Source: Thermoplasmata archaeon
GTDB lineage: Archaea > Thermoplasmatota > E2 > JACPAO01 > JAHFTW01
Reading direction: 5' to 3'
Assembly: GCA_034667725.1 (NCBI GenBank)
Contig: JAXDQS010000011.1
Location: forward strand, 1 to 56,687
Length of the DNA: 56,687 nucleotides
Shown: piece by piece, positions 43,679-54,837 of the stretch
Layout of the letters: each line of letters begins with the position of its first letter
Numbering within the stretch: position 1 is the stretch's first letter
Notes under the pieces: model-generated
The model's input: the letters and a program-made list of their open reading frames with translations, nothing else
The model's database searches: none
What the model was told of the DNA's origin: nothing
Translations under genes and position numbers: made by a program

Positions 43679-44737
43679 CTACAACGCCGCCAGCACCGAC
43701 TCGACCGCGGGCTTGACGTCGCCGGCCACCATGTAGGAGGCGCGCTTGGCGATGGGGTCGTTGGCCTCGCCGCCGATCGCGCAAATGGTGGGCTGGCCGT
43801 CGATGGCCTCCAGGAAGTCGAGGGCGCCGCGGACGCCGACGGCCACCAGCAGGCGCGGGGCGATGCGGTTGTAGTGCTCGCCGACGATGGGGGCCGTGGT
43901 GTCGTCCGCGAGGCCGCGTTCGACGATGCCGATGGTGACGGCGAACACGGCGTCGAGGCGCTGCGCGAGCCTGCGCGCCAGCTCCAGCTCGTCGCGGTCG
44001 CGGATGCGGGCGCCGGCCACCAGGACGCGCTCGGCCTTGGCGATCTTCGGGGCGGGCGGGGCGCGGCGGCCCAGCACCTCGATGGGCGCCAGCTTGCCGG
44101 CGTCGACCGCGAGGTCGTGCACCTTCGCGTTGCCGTAGGGGTCCTCCATCGGGGCGCGGAACAGGCCGGTCTGGACGGAGATGAACTGGGGCGCCTGCTG
44201 CATCGCGGTCACGACCTGGAGGCGGGAGGCGCCGCCGGACTCGTGCGCGACCTGGGCGAGGCGGCGGCTGGTGTCCACCTCGATCTTGGCGGCCCCGAGG
44301 CAGAAGCCGGTGGCGAGCCGGCTCGCGGCGTAGGCGGTGATGGCGTCGCCGGTGCGGCTCTGGAACACCAGCACCATCTCGGGGCGGCGCTTGCGGACGG
44401 CGGCCTCCAGGATGCGGGCGGTGTGGTCGATGGGCGCGTAGTCGGGCGCCTGGACGCGGTAGATGGTGTCGATCGGGAACTTCTTGAGCGCCGCGGTGGC
44501 CGGCTCCAGGTCGTCGCCGATCAAGAGCACCTCGACGCGGCAGCCAAGCTCGTCCGCGATGTAGCGGGCGCGGCCGACGAGCGCCAAGGTCTCGGGGTGG
44601 ACGCCGGCGGGGGTCGCGCGGCCGAGCACCAGGACGTTGCGCCAGTCGCTCGACTTGACGTCCTCCAGCGCCGCCGCCTTGTCCTCGCGCGGCGCCATCG
44701 TCTCGTAGATACCCGCCAGCCCGAGGTCGTCGCTCAC
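43679..44737 (-). CDS. etfA: electron transfer flavoprotein alpha-like (divergent)
   Basis: AERVLVAG, IAPRLLVAVGVRGA, NDPIAKRASY..GD; GTGA overlap with etfB. Confidence 0.75.
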   Translation of the reverse strand: MSDDLGLAGIYETMAPREDKAAALEDVKSSDWRNVLVLGRATPAGVHPETLALVGRARYIADELGCRVEVLLIGDDLEPATAALKKFPIDTIYRVQAPDYAPIDHTARILEAAVRKRRPEMVLVFQSRTGDAITAYAASRLATGFCLGAAKIEVDTSRRLAQVAHESGGASRLQVVTAMQQAPQFISVQTGLFRAPMEDPYGNAKVHDLAVDAGKLAPIEVLGRRAPPAPKIAKAERVLVAGARIRDRDELELARRLAQRLDAVFAVTIGIVERGLADDTTAPIVGEHYNRIAPRLLVAVGVRGALDFLEAIDGQPTICAIGGEANDPIAKRASYMVAGDVKPAVESVLAAL

Positions 44738-45524
44738 GCCTGCACCTCCTTCTCCAGCACCGGGCTGGGCGCGGCGCCGCGCTCGCCGATAAGGCTGCGG
44801 CTGCGCATCCGGCGCACCAAGGTCGCGCCGTCCACCTGCTCGAGGGTCCGGCTCTCGGTCGGCTGCTGCTCGATGCGGACCCGCTTGGTGGCGGGCTTGC
44901 CGCGGTCGAGCTCGTCGGCGGGCACCCGCAGCAGGCCGCGCGTGGCCCAGGCGTCGTGGATGCCGCCGGCGGGCGGCTGGCCGGCCTGGATGTCGCCCGC
45001 CGTCACGACGCATGGCCGCGGGATGCGCAGGTCGTAGTCGCCGAACGGGCTGTGGTACTGGATGCGGAAGCCGGCGCCTTCGGGCTTGATGCTGCGGACG
45101 CCGACGACGCACGGCAGCTCCAGTTGGCCGGCGAGGGCGGCGAGCGCGCCGGTGAAGCCGCTGAACTCGCTGCGGGCTGGGCCGAGGATGGCGTCGAACG
45201 GGCCGTTCTCGCGGTACACGCGGGCGATGGTGGCGGCGCGGGCGAGCGCGTCGGCCTCGACGTCGTGGGCGCCTTCGATGAGGATGCCTTGGTCGACGCC
45301 GTGCGCGAGCGCCTCGCGCAGCACCTCCTCGCCGGCGCCCTTGTCGACGTGGACGGCGACCAGCTCGGCGTCGGGCCGCAGCTGCAAGGCGAGCGTGATG
45401 GCGCGCGCCGACGGCTCCGACAGGACGCGGTCGAGGCCTTCGGTGTCGAGGGTGCCGCTGCTGCGGCGCAGTCGGATGCGCCCGAAGAAGGCGCCCGTGA
45501 CGGGGATGAGGATGCGCAGGCGGC

Positions 45525-45528
<4 letters not shown>
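44734..45528 (-). CDS. etfB: electron transfer flavoprotein beta-like (divergent)
   Basis: LREALAHGVDQGILI, DALARAATIA, LAGQLELPCV, PCVVT. Confidence 0.8.
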
Positions 45529-46739
<1,211 letters not shown>

Positions 46740-46750
46740 TGGACTCGCTC

Positions 46751-47575
46751 TTACTTGCCCTTGAACTCGGGGCTGCGCTTCTCGATGAAGGCGGTGACGC
46801 CCTCGACCAGGTCCTCGGTGGCGGCCAGGCGCTTGGCGGCCTCGGCCTCGACCTTGAGGGAGGCGGCGCGGTCGCTGGCGCGCATGGTGGCGTTGATGGC
46901 GGCCTTGGCCTCCTCGACCGCGAGCGGGGCGCCTTTGTGGATGATGGCGCGGGCGATGTCGATGGCGGCGCGGACCTCCTCGCCGTCGGGGACGATCTTC
47001 TGCACCAGGCCGATGCGCTGGGCCTCCTGGGCGTTGATCATCTGGCCGGTGAAGATGAGCTCCTTGGCCTTGGCGGCGCCGACGAGGCGGGGCATGCGGG
47101 TGCTGCCGCCCCAGGCCGGGATGAGGCCGATCCACACTTCGGGCTGGCCGTAGCGGGCGCGGTCGCTGGAGATGCGGATGTCGGCCGCCATGGCGAGCTC
47201 GCAGCCGCCTCCGAGCGCGAGGTTGTTGACCGCGGCGATGACGGGCTTGCGGCAGTCCTCGACGGCGTTGAACGCCTCGTGGCCGAGCTTGACCAGTTCC
47301 GCGGACTCGGAGGCGCCGACGCCGGCGAACGCCTTGAGGTCGGCGCCGGCGCAGAAGGCGTGGTTGCCGGCACCCGTGAGGACGACGGCGCGGACCTCGG
47401 GGTTCTTGGAGAGCGCCTCGAAGGTCGCCTTGATCTCCTTGAGGACGGCCGGTGACAGCGCGTTCACTGGCGCGTGGTCGAGGGTCACGATCGCGGTCTT
47501 GTTGTCGATCTTGACCTTGACGAACTCTCCTTTCTGCTGCTCGGTGGTGGTGGCTTGGGGGCTGCTCATGGTCAT
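46751..47575 (-). CDS. enoyl-CoA hydratase
   Basis: NALS, FCAGADL, ALGGGCEL, GQPEV.IGLIP. Confidence 0.95.
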   Translation of the reverse strand: MTMSSPQATTTEQQKGEFVKVKIDNKTAIVTLDHAPVNALSPAVLKEIKATFEALSKNPEVRAVVLTGAGNHAFCAGADLKAFAGVGASESAELVKLGHEAFNAVEDCRKPVIAAVNNLALGGGCELAMAADIRISSDRARYGQPEVWIGLIPAWGGSTRMPRLVGAAKAKELIFTGQMINAQEAQRIGLVQKIVPDGEEVRAAIDIARAIIHKGAPLAVEEAKAAINATMRASDRAASLKVEAEAAKRLAATEDLVEGVTAFIEKRSPEFKGK

Positions 47576-48558
47576 TCCTTCCTGTAGTCGTGAAAGCCGC
47601 GGCCGGACTTCTGGCCGAGGCGCCCGGCCGCGACCAGCTGCCGGACGATCTGGACGGGACGCTGCGGCACGACGCCGCCGTGCTGGGAGCGGATGGAGTC
47701 GCCGGCGTGCAGGATGACGTCGAGGCCGACGAGGTCCGCGAGCGCCAGGGGGCCCATCGGCATCCCGGCGCCGGCCTGCATGGCGAGGTCGATGTCCTTG
47801 GGCTTGGCGACCCCTTCCTCGTAGCAGGCGAACGCCTCGTTGAGCATGGGCGCCAGGATGCGGTTGACGAGGAAGCCGGGCCCCTCCTTGACCTGGACGG
47901 GCAGCAACGGGTAGCGGTGGTTGCGCATGGGCGCGAAGAAGTTGACCACGTCGTCCACGATGTCGGGGCGGCTCTCGATGCCGGGGATGACCTCGATGAG
48001 CGGCAGCGTCGTGGGCGGGTTGAAGAAGTGGACGCCGAGGAAGCGGCCGCGGCGGTTGGGCGGGACGGCGGTGGCCAGCTCGGAGACGGGCAGCGTGCTG
48101 GTGTTGGTGGCGAGGATGCAGTGCTCCGGCACCTTGTCCACCAGGTCGCCGAAGACCTTCTTCTTGAGCTGGAGGCTCTCGGGCGCCGCCTCGATGACAA
48201 GCTCCACCTTGTCGAAGCCGTCGAACGTCGTGGTCGGCGTGATCTTCTTCAAGAGGCGCTCGGCCCGGCCGGCGTCGAAGCTGGGCTTCAGGGTCGCGCG
48301 CGCCTTGGCCTTCTGCTCGTCGGTGAGCTGCACGCCGCTGCGCGACTCGAACTCGGAGATGGCGCGGTCGGCCTTGCCGGCCTGGAACGCCACCAGCTCG
48401 TCCAGGTCCTTGCGGATGGTTGCCATGCCCCGGTCGAGCGCGGCCTGGTCGATGTCCTTGAGGACGACGTTGACGTTGTTGAGGGCCAGCACCTCGGCGA
48501 TGCGGGCGCCCATGACCCCCGCCCCCAGGACTGCGGCACGGTCGACGAACAGCACCAT
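47572..48558 (-). CDS. 3-hydroxyacyl-CoA dehydrogenase
   Basis: GAGVMG, IEAAPE, TNTSTL, HFFNP, PGFLVNR, PMGP..LAD..GLD, GQKSGRGF. Confidence 0.95.
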   Translation of the reverse strand: MVLFVDRAAVLGAGVMGARIAEVLALNNVNVVLKDIDQAALDRGMATIRKDLDELVAFQAGKADRAISEFESRSGVQLTDEQKAKARATLKPSFDAGRAERLLKKITPTTTFDGFDKVELVIEAAPESLQLKKKVFGDLVDKVPEHCILATNTSTLPVSELATAVPPNRRGRFLGVHFFNPPTTLPLIEVIPGIESRPDIVDDVVNFFAPMRNHRYPLLPVQVKEGPGFLVNRILAPMLNEAFACYEEGVAKPKDIDLAMQAGAGMPMGPLALADLVGLDVILHAGDSIRSQHGGVVPQRPVQIVRQLVAAGRLGQKSGRGFHDYRKE

Positions 48559-48628
48559 CAGGACTCGGCAGCGGAACGTTTGCGGTGGGGATAACGGTAT
48601 CGCGGCGTTGCCCTCCGCCGGTCGGCCC

Positions 48629-48646
48629 ACCTGAACCTGTTCAGGT
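48629..48646. promoter_or_regulatory. perfect palindromic operator candidate
   Basis: ACCTGAAC-CT-GTTCAGGT in the divergent region upstream of the beta-oxidation operon. Confidence 0.55.
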
Positions 48647-48777
48647 TGGGTTGGAACACGGCAAAGGGCCGCAAAAGCCCCTCGATGCACCGGGAGGGGC
48701 CAAAAGGAGCGCCGCGGATTTCCCTATTTGATGGTTTTGCCATCCACGGAAATAGCGGGAGGGGCAAAATCCGGCTC

Positions 48778-49464
48778 ATGGCCCAACTGACGCCCCGGCC
48801 GCTCGCCGCCGGGCCGCACCCCACCGCCTCCCGCCGCCTCCCCGCTCACCCCACGGCCTCCACGCCCCGCCCGCCGGCCCTCGTGGCCAAGCCACGGGGC
48901 CTGGCGGGGTGGCTGCGCGCCCACCAGTTCGGCGCCGCCCTGACGGGCGGCCTGCTGGTGCTGGCATCGGTCGCCACCGCCGTCCTCATCATCCGCCAGG
49001 ACGTCGCCACCACCGCGGTCGCCAAGACGCCTTACGTCGTCTTCGAGAACGGCGCCGACTACTCCGGCATCAACACGGCGGGCTTCGCCACGTTGACCAT
49101 TGGCACCTCCAAGACCTCGGCGACGCTGTCGCTCTCCGGTGTCCCCGGTGCTGCCCAAGTGTCGCTCGGCAACGTCCTCAAGCTCACCAACGACGACGCC
49201 ACCCACCCGAACACCGTCTCGCTGGCCCGCAGCACCACGCTGCCGGCCGCCGTCACGAGCTTCATCGTGACCGTGAAGGACGGCACCGGCGGCGGCGCCG
49301 CCACGCTCTTGACCTGGAACGCGGCCACCACCGCCTCCAGCGCCGAGTTCACGCTGCCCGTGTCGAGCTCCGTGCACGTCTCGGTCGTGGTCGTCATCAC
49401 CGACGGCACCGCCGCGGGCTCGCTCGGCTCGTTCGGGATGCAGTTCAGCCTGACGCCGACCTGA
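48778..49464 (+). CDS. exported Thr/Ser-rich beta-sandwich protein (filament-subunit-like)
   Basis: N-terminal TM/signal then an all-beta body ending in a beta strand (MQFSLT). Confidence 0.7.
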   Translation: MAQLTPRPLAAGPHPTASRRLPAHPTASTPRPPALVAKPRGLAGWLRAHQFGAALTGGLLVLASVATAVLIIRQDVATTAVAKTPYVVFENGADYSGINTAGFATLTIGTSKTSATLSLSGVPGAAQVSLGNVLKLTNDDATHPNTVSLARSTTLPAAVTSFIVTVKDGTGGGAATLLTWNAATTASSAEFTLPVSSSVHVSVVVVITDGTAAGSLGSFGMQFSLTPT

Positions 49465-49475
49465 ACGTGAGGGCC

Positions 49476-50015
49476 ATGGCCGCCTCGCCCCCGTCGCTTC
49501 GTTGGCTGCCCGCCCTAGCGGTGGCCATCCTGGTGGTCTCGGGCGTGGCGGGGGCTTTGGTGCAGCGCAGCGACATCACCGCGACACCGGTCTCGAAGGC
49601 CCCGCCCGTCACCTTGGCGGCGGGCACCTCCGGCACCACCACCTTGGGCGCCAGCGCGACCTCGGCGGCCACGACGGTCTCGATCGTCGTCGGCGCCGTC
49701 AGCCCGCTCAAGGTCCACAAGGTCTCGGGCAACTGGGACGTGTCGTTGGCGCTGGTGTCCGCCACCGGCTTCTCCGCCTTGGAGTCGGTCACGGTGAACC
49801 TGGTGGGCAGCTCGACCCAGACCCAGGTCGTCGTCGTGCTCGGCACCGCCACCCAGACCCAGGGCATCCCGATCACCCTGAGCGGCGCCGACCTCACGGT
49901 GACCGCCACCGGCACGGCCGGCGTCACGGGCGTCCTCAACCTCCAGGTGCGCATGGTGCCCAACGGCCAGTCCATCCCGCTTGTCACCTACACGTACACG
50001 CTGACCTTTGCCTAG
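49476..50015 (+). CDS. exported Thr/Ser-rich beta-sandwich protein (paralog-like)
   Basis: Signal peptide, similar N-terminus, terminal strand YTYTLTF. Confidence 0.7.
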   Translation: MAASPPSLRWLPALAVAILVVSGVAGALVQRSDITATPVSKAPPVTLAAGTSGTTTLGASATSAATTVSIVVGAVSPLKVHKVSGNWDVSLALVSATGFSALESVTVNLVGSSTQTQVVVVLGTATQTQGIPITLSGADLTVTATGTAGVTGVLNLQVRMVPNGQSIPLVTYTYTLTFA

Positions 50016-50053
50016 GGCAAAGCTGTTCAAGTGGAAGCCGCCAATGCCGGCGC

Positions 50054-50485
50054 ATGACCTCCGCCGCGCGGAAGCCTGCCGCAGGGGCTGGCCCGAAGAA
50101 GAAGACCGCCGCCAAGAAGGCTGCCCCGAAGAAGGCCGCCCCCAAGAAGGCCGCCAAGCCAGCCAAGGCGACCAAGCCGAAGGCGGTCGCGAAGGCCACC
50201 CTGACGCGCGACGACGCGCCGGCCGAGCGCGGGCCCGCCCCCATGGCCGCCGGCGCCGGCGAGCGCGAGGCCGAGGAGGCCCGCCAGGCCGAGGCCATCC
50301 GAAAGGCGGAGGCCGCCGAGCACGAGCACCAGGACCCCCGCGGCGGCTCCGCCCGCTTCGACAAGCACTCGAAGGAGCACAAGGACCCGCGCAAGATCCA
50401 GGACAACATCAAGTCCCGCGGCATCCCGCGCATGAACCCGATCGTCAACTGGTTCCGCCGCGCGCCCAAGCGCCCCCAAAAGTAG
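50054..50485 (+). CDS. Lys/Ala-rich histone H1-like repeat protein
   Basis: KKTAAKKAAPKKAAPKKAAKP repeats, basic C-terminus. Confidence 0.7.
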   Translation: MTSAARKPAAGAGPKKKTAAKKAAPKKAAPKKAAKPAKATKPKAVAKATLTRDDAPAERGPAPMAAGAGEREAEEARQAEAIRKAEAAEHEHQDPRGGSARFDKHSKEHKDPRKIQDNIKSRGIPRMNPIVNWFRRAPKRPQK

Positions 50486-50522
50486 CCGGCAAGCCTTAGC
50501 CCTGGGCGGCGGTCGCGACCTC

Positions 50523-51824
50523 GTGGCCAGCCTGCGCATCCGCGACGCGACCATCCTGACTCAGGATGACCACCGCCGCGTCGTGCAGGGCGACGTGCTG
50601 GTGGAGGACGGCCGCGTCACGCACGTCGGCGCCATCCCCGGCAGCCGCGAGGCCGACCGCACCATCGACGGCCGCGGCCAGGTCCTGCTGCCCGGCCTGA
50701 TCAACCTGCACACCCACCTCGCGATGACGCTGCTGCGCGGCTACGCGGACGACATGCACCTGGAGGCGTGGCTGCGCGACCGGATCTGGCCCGCCGAGGA
50801 CCGCATCCAGGAGCGGCACATGCGCGCCGGCGTCGAGTTGGCCCTGCTTGAGTTGATCGCGTCGGGCACCACCTCGTTCCTGGACATGTACTGGATGGAG
50901 CAGGAGGTCGTCGCCCCGTGCGCGAGCAAGGCGGGCGTCCGCGCCTGGGCCGGCGAGGGCATGGTGGACGTCGGCCAGACCGCCGCCGGCGAGCCCAACC
51001 GCAAGGTCGCCGTGGTCGAGCGCAGCCTGAAGGCCAACCGCGACCCCCTCGTCACCTTCTGCCCGAGCCCGCACGGCACCTACACCTGCCACGCCGAGAC
51101 CTACGCCGAGTCGGCGCGCCTGGCCCACGAGCACGGCGTCCCGCTGCACACCCACTGCGGCGAGACCCGCACCGAGGTCTACGACGTCCAGGCGCGCACC
51201 GGCTTGCGCCCCGTTGGCCGGCTCGCGGCGGCCGGGGCCCTCATGGACCGCACCGTCCTGGCCCACTGCGGCTGGACGACCAAGGAGGAGGTGCGCCAAG
51301 TGGCCGCGGCGGGGGCGGCGGTCGCGCACTGCCCCGTCTCGAACCTCAAGCTCGCCACCGGGTCGTTCGCGCCCGTCCCCGAGTTCCACGCCGCCGGCGT
51401 CAAGGTCGGGCTCGGCACCGACGGCGCCGCCAGCAACAACACCCTCGACCTGTTCGAGACCATGAAGTTCGCGGCCCTCCTGCAGAAGACCCACCGCTGG
51501 GACGCCACCGTGCTGCCCGCCCAGCGCGTCCTCGACATGGCGACCCGCGACGCCGCCGACGCGCTGCGCCGTCCGGACCTGGGCCGCATCGTGCCCGGCG
51601 CCACCGCCGACCTCGTGATGGTCGACTTCCGCCGGCCCCATCTGGTGCCGCGCCACGACGCCGTGAGCCACCTCGTCTACGCTGCCTCCGGGCGCGACGT
51701 GTCCACCACCATCGTCGCCGGCCGCGTGCTGAAGGCCGACCACCGCGTCGAGAGCATGGACGCCCAGGCCGTCATGGACGCCGCCGAGAACGCCGCCCGC
51801 GACCTCGTCCAGGCGTCGGCCTGA
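50523..51824 (+). CDS. amidohydrolase, MTA/SAH deaminase (MtaD/DadD) family
   Basis: PGLINLHTH, HTHCGET, AHCPVSNLKLATG, GTDGAASNN. Confidence 0.92.
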   Translation: MASLRIRDATILTQDDHRRVVQGDVLVEDGRVTHVGAIPGSREADRTIDGRGQVLLPGLINLHTHLAMTLLRGYADDMHLEAWLRDRIWPAEDRIQERHMRAGVELALLELIASGTTSFLDMYWMEQEVVAPCASKAGVRAWAGEGMVDVGQTAAGEPNRKVAVVERSLKANRDPLVTFCPSPHGTYTCHAETYAESARLAHEHGVPLHTHCGETRTEVYDVQARTGLRPVGRLAAAGALMDRTVLAHCGWTTKEEVRQVAAAGAAVAHCPVSNLKLATGSFAPVPEFHAAGVKVGLGTDGAASNNTLDLFETMKFAALLQKTHRWDATVLPAQRVLDMATRDAADALRRPDLGRIVPGATADLVMVDFRRPHLVPRHDAVSHLVYAASGRDVSTTIVAGRVLKADHRVESMDAQAVMDAAENAARDLVQASA

Positions 51825-51902
51825 ACCACCCTGGCAAACTCCTTCACCCCGTTCGATGGTCTGCCCAATCGTCCCTTAAGGAAGGGGTCGATGGTCTTGG
51901 CC

Positions 51903-54002
51903 ATGCGCCGCATTGTCGCCCGCATCCTCCCCGCCGCCGTCGGCGCCCTTGCCTTCGTGCTGGTGCTCGCCGCCTTCTCGGTCGCCGACGACGGCCCGTT
52001 CGCCCCCCAGCCGGCCCCGCCCACCCTCACCATGCCCGTCGCCAAGGCCGGCGACCGCGCGCTCTACTCGCAGGAGATCGTCGGCCACAACGACCGCACG
52101 CCCCCGAGCCACTACACCACCATCGAGCACGGCCCCGCCCCGTGGATGGCCTTCGAGATGCTCGACGTCGCCCTCCGGGACGCCGACGACGGCCCGCACC
52201 GCGAGTACGCCGCCCGCGTCACGCAGTACGACATGGCCAAGCACGACGGCACGCCGCTGCGCGCCAGCACGGTCGTCCTCGATGGCGGCCGCGTCGCCGA
52301 CCCGTTGCCGGCGCCCGAGCGCCACCCGGAGCACCCCTTCGACGGCACGCTGTCGGCCAACTGGGACTGCATGTTGTGGAGCCTCGCCAACGGCCGCACG
52401 GTGGACTTGGCCGAGCGCGTCGTCCTCTACGACGACTGCGACGTCTGGACCGGCGGCGCCGACGCGGCCGGCGGCGTTGGGCTGAGCGGCTCCGGCGGCC
52501 TCGACCGCGGCGAGGCGTTCCGCGCCCTCGGCCTCGACACCGTCGGCGGCGTGCCCGCCGTCGTGCTGCGCTACGACTGGGCCGGCTCCTACGCCCTGGT
52601 ATGGATGAGCGAGCAGGTTCCGTACCCGCTCATCGTCGTCATGGGCGAGAAGCCGCCGCCCGCCGGCGAGGGCCCGCAGATGATCACCTACCGCCTGGAG
52701 CGCTACGAGGCGGGCGACGGCGTCCCGCGCGCCGCGGAGCTGGCCGCCGCCAAGCAGCTCATGCAGAGGCTTCCGGCCGGCGTCGCGCTGGCGCCCCGCC
52801 AACCCTGGGGGCTCGACGAGGACGGCGTCCAAGACCTGGGGCCGTTCCCCGCCTCCGCCGCCTGGACGGCCGCCTTGGGCGACGACGGCGAGGTTGGCGC
52901 CTGGCTGCGCAGCCACCCGGAAGCCGCCGCGACCACGACCTACGCCTTCCACGACGTGGTGCCCGGCCCCGCCCTGCGCACCGAGCGCTACATCTGGGAC
53001 TTCGTGGCCGACGACGGCGCCGACGCCCTATACTTCCGGGTCACCCGCGAGTCGCGCGCGCTGGAGGGCGTCGCGGTCGTGCCGCCCGTGCCCGAGACCA
53101 CCTTCGAGGCCCTCGAGGCACGCGCCCCGCTTGGGCTGCCGCTGCCCGAGCAGGTGCCCTCCCTCGCCAGCATGGAGCCGCTGTGGCACGAGCGGCTTGC
53201 GCCCGACGCGGACCACGCCACCCTCGACCACTGGGAGCTGCGCATCGGCGGCGGCCCGGAGACCGCGCGCTGGGACGTCGCCGTCGGCCACGACCGCTTG
53301 GTCCACGCCACCCCGGGCCAGCCGGAACGCCAGGAGACCAGCGTGCTGCGGCTGGAGGACTCGGGCGCCGTCCTGGCCGAAGGCGGCACCGACCCGTCCG
53401 GCCCGGAGGCGGGCGCCCCGCCGTTCGACACCACGGGCGCCGACCTCCAAGGCGCCACCATCGACGAAGCCTCCTGGCGCGCGCCCGTCGCGGTCGCCGC
53501 CGCCGGCGGCGCGGGCCTCCTGGCCGCGGCCGTCACGGCGTGGCTGGCGTGGAAGCCCAGCGTCCTCGGCGTCGCGCTGTTCTCGCGCATCCAGGAGCAG
53601 CGGCTCCTCGACCACCCGGTGCGCCGCCGCATCCTGGACGTGGTCGCCGGCCAGCCCGGCATCCACGGCGCCGAGCTGGTGCGCCGCGTCGGGGCCGCGC
53701 GCGGCAGCGTCGCGCACCATGTGGCCAAGCTGGTCGATGCCGGGCAACTGGTGGCGACCCAGGCCGGCAAATACGCCTGCTACCGCCTGCCGGCCGCCAA
53801 GACCGCAGGCCCGCCGGGCTCGATGCACGTGCTGGAGGCGCTGCGCGGGGTGCCGGGCGCCTCCGCGTCGCAGCTGGCGCGCGTGCTCCAGCTGTCGCCG
53901 GCCACGGTCCACTACCACCTCCAGAAGCTGCGCGCGGCGGGCTTGCTGGACCCGCACGCGGGCCCCGGCCTGTGGCCGACGGGCGTCCGGGCCGCGGCCT
54001 GA
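51903..54002 (+). CDS. membrane-anchored one-component regulator: extracellular domain, TM, tandem wHTH
   Basis: N-terminal signal; TM then LFSRI...LLDHPVRRRI...PGIHGAEL...HHVAKL and a second HTH ATVHYHLQKL; CTTAAG at 51875-51880 supports this start. Confidence 0.8.
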   Translation: MRRIVARILPAAVGALAFVLVLAAFSVADDGPFAPQPAPPTLTMPVAKAGDRALYSQEIVGHNDRTPPSHYTTIEHGPAPWMAFEMLDVALRDADDGPHREYAARVTQYDMAKHDGTPLRASTVVLDGGRVADPLPAPERHPEHPFDGTLSANWDCMLWSLANGRTVDLAERVVLYDDCDVWTGGADAAGGVGLSGSGGLDRGEAFRALGLDTVGGVPAVVLRYDWAGSYALVWMSEQVPYPLIVVMGEKPPPAGEGPQMITYRLERYEAGDGVPRAAELAAAKQLMQRLPAGVALAPRQPWGLDEDGVQDLGPFPASAAWTAALGDDGEVGAWLRSHPEAAATTTYAFHDVVPGPALRTERYIWDFVADDGADALYFRVTRESRALEGVAVVPPVPETTFEALEARAPLGLPLPEQVPSLASMEPLWHERLAPDADHATLDHWELRIGGGPETARWDVAVGHDRLVHATPGQPERQETSVLRLEDSGAVLAEGGTDPSGPEAGAPPFDTTGADLQGATIDEASWRAPVAVAAAGGAGLLAAAVTAWLAWKPSVLGVALFSRIQEQRLLDHPVRRRILDVVAGQPGIHGAELVRRVGAARGSVAHHVAKLVDAGQLVATQAGKYACYRLPAAKTAGPPGSMHVLEALRGVPGASASQLARVLQLSPATVHYHLQKLRAAGLLDPHAGPGLWPTGVRAAA

Positions 54003-54050
54003 GGTCGCCAGCACGACAACCGTTATCCCGCGCCCGCCCTCAAGCCGGGC

Positions 54051-54836
54051 GTGGCCGAAGCCCGCCGCCCGCCCGCCCCCGCCAAGGCCGTCGGCGCGGT
54101 CGCGGCCAAGCCCGGACCCATCGTGGAGGCCCGCGGCCTCTCCAAGGTCTACGAGACGGGCCGGCTGCGGGTCGAGGCGCTCGCGGACGTCCACCTCGCC
54201 GTCCAGAAGGGCGAGATGGTCGCCATCATGGGCCCGAGCGGCTGCGGCAAGACGACGCTCCTGAACTGCCTCTCCGGCCTGGACGACCTCACCGCCGGCG
54301 CCGCGCTGGTCGAGGGCAAGGACCTTGCCAAGATGAGCGACCTGGAGCGCACCCGCCTCCGCAGCCGCCGCACGGGCTTCGTGTTCCAGTCGTTCAACCT
54401 CCTGCCCGTGCTGTCCGCGCTCGAGAACGTCGAGCTGCCCCTCCTTGTCTCCGGCGTCGGGCCGGACGAGGCCGAGAAGCGCGCCCTGGCTGCCCTCGCG
54501 CAGGTCGGGCTCGCCAAGTTCATCGACCACAAGCCCCGCGAGCTCTCCGGCGGCCAGCAGCAGCGTGTCACCGTCGCCCGCAGCCTGGTCAACGAGCCCG
54601 CCATCGTCTGGGCCGACGAGCCCACGGGCAACCTCGACACCAAGCACGGCCAGGACATCCTGGACCTGCTGCACAAGCTCAACCAGGAGCGCGGCCAGAC
54701 CTACGTCATCGTGACGCACGACCCCGGCATCGCCCGCAGCTGCCACCGCATCGTCCACATGGAGTCCGGCCGCATCCGCAAGGTCGAGCCCGGCGCCGGC
54801 CGCAGCGTCCCGCTGGCGGAGTTCCGCCGGTTGTGA
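54051..54836 (+). CDS. ABC transporter ATP-binding protein (LolD/MacB type)
   Basis: [38 protein letters not shown]. Confidence 0.95.
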   Translation: MAEARRPPAPAKAVGAVAAKPGPIVEARGLSKVYETGRLRVEALADVHLAVQKGEMVAIMGPSGCGKTTLLNCLSGLDDLTAGAALVEGKDLAKMSDLERTRLRSRRTGFVFQSFNLLPVLSALENVELPLLVSGVGPDEAEKRALAALAQVGLAKFIDHKPRELSGGQQQRVTVARSLVNEPAIVWADEPTGNLDTKHGQDILDLLHKLNQERGQTYVIVTHDPGIARSCHRIVHMESGRIRKVEPGAGRSVPLAEFRRL

Positions 54837-54837
54837 C

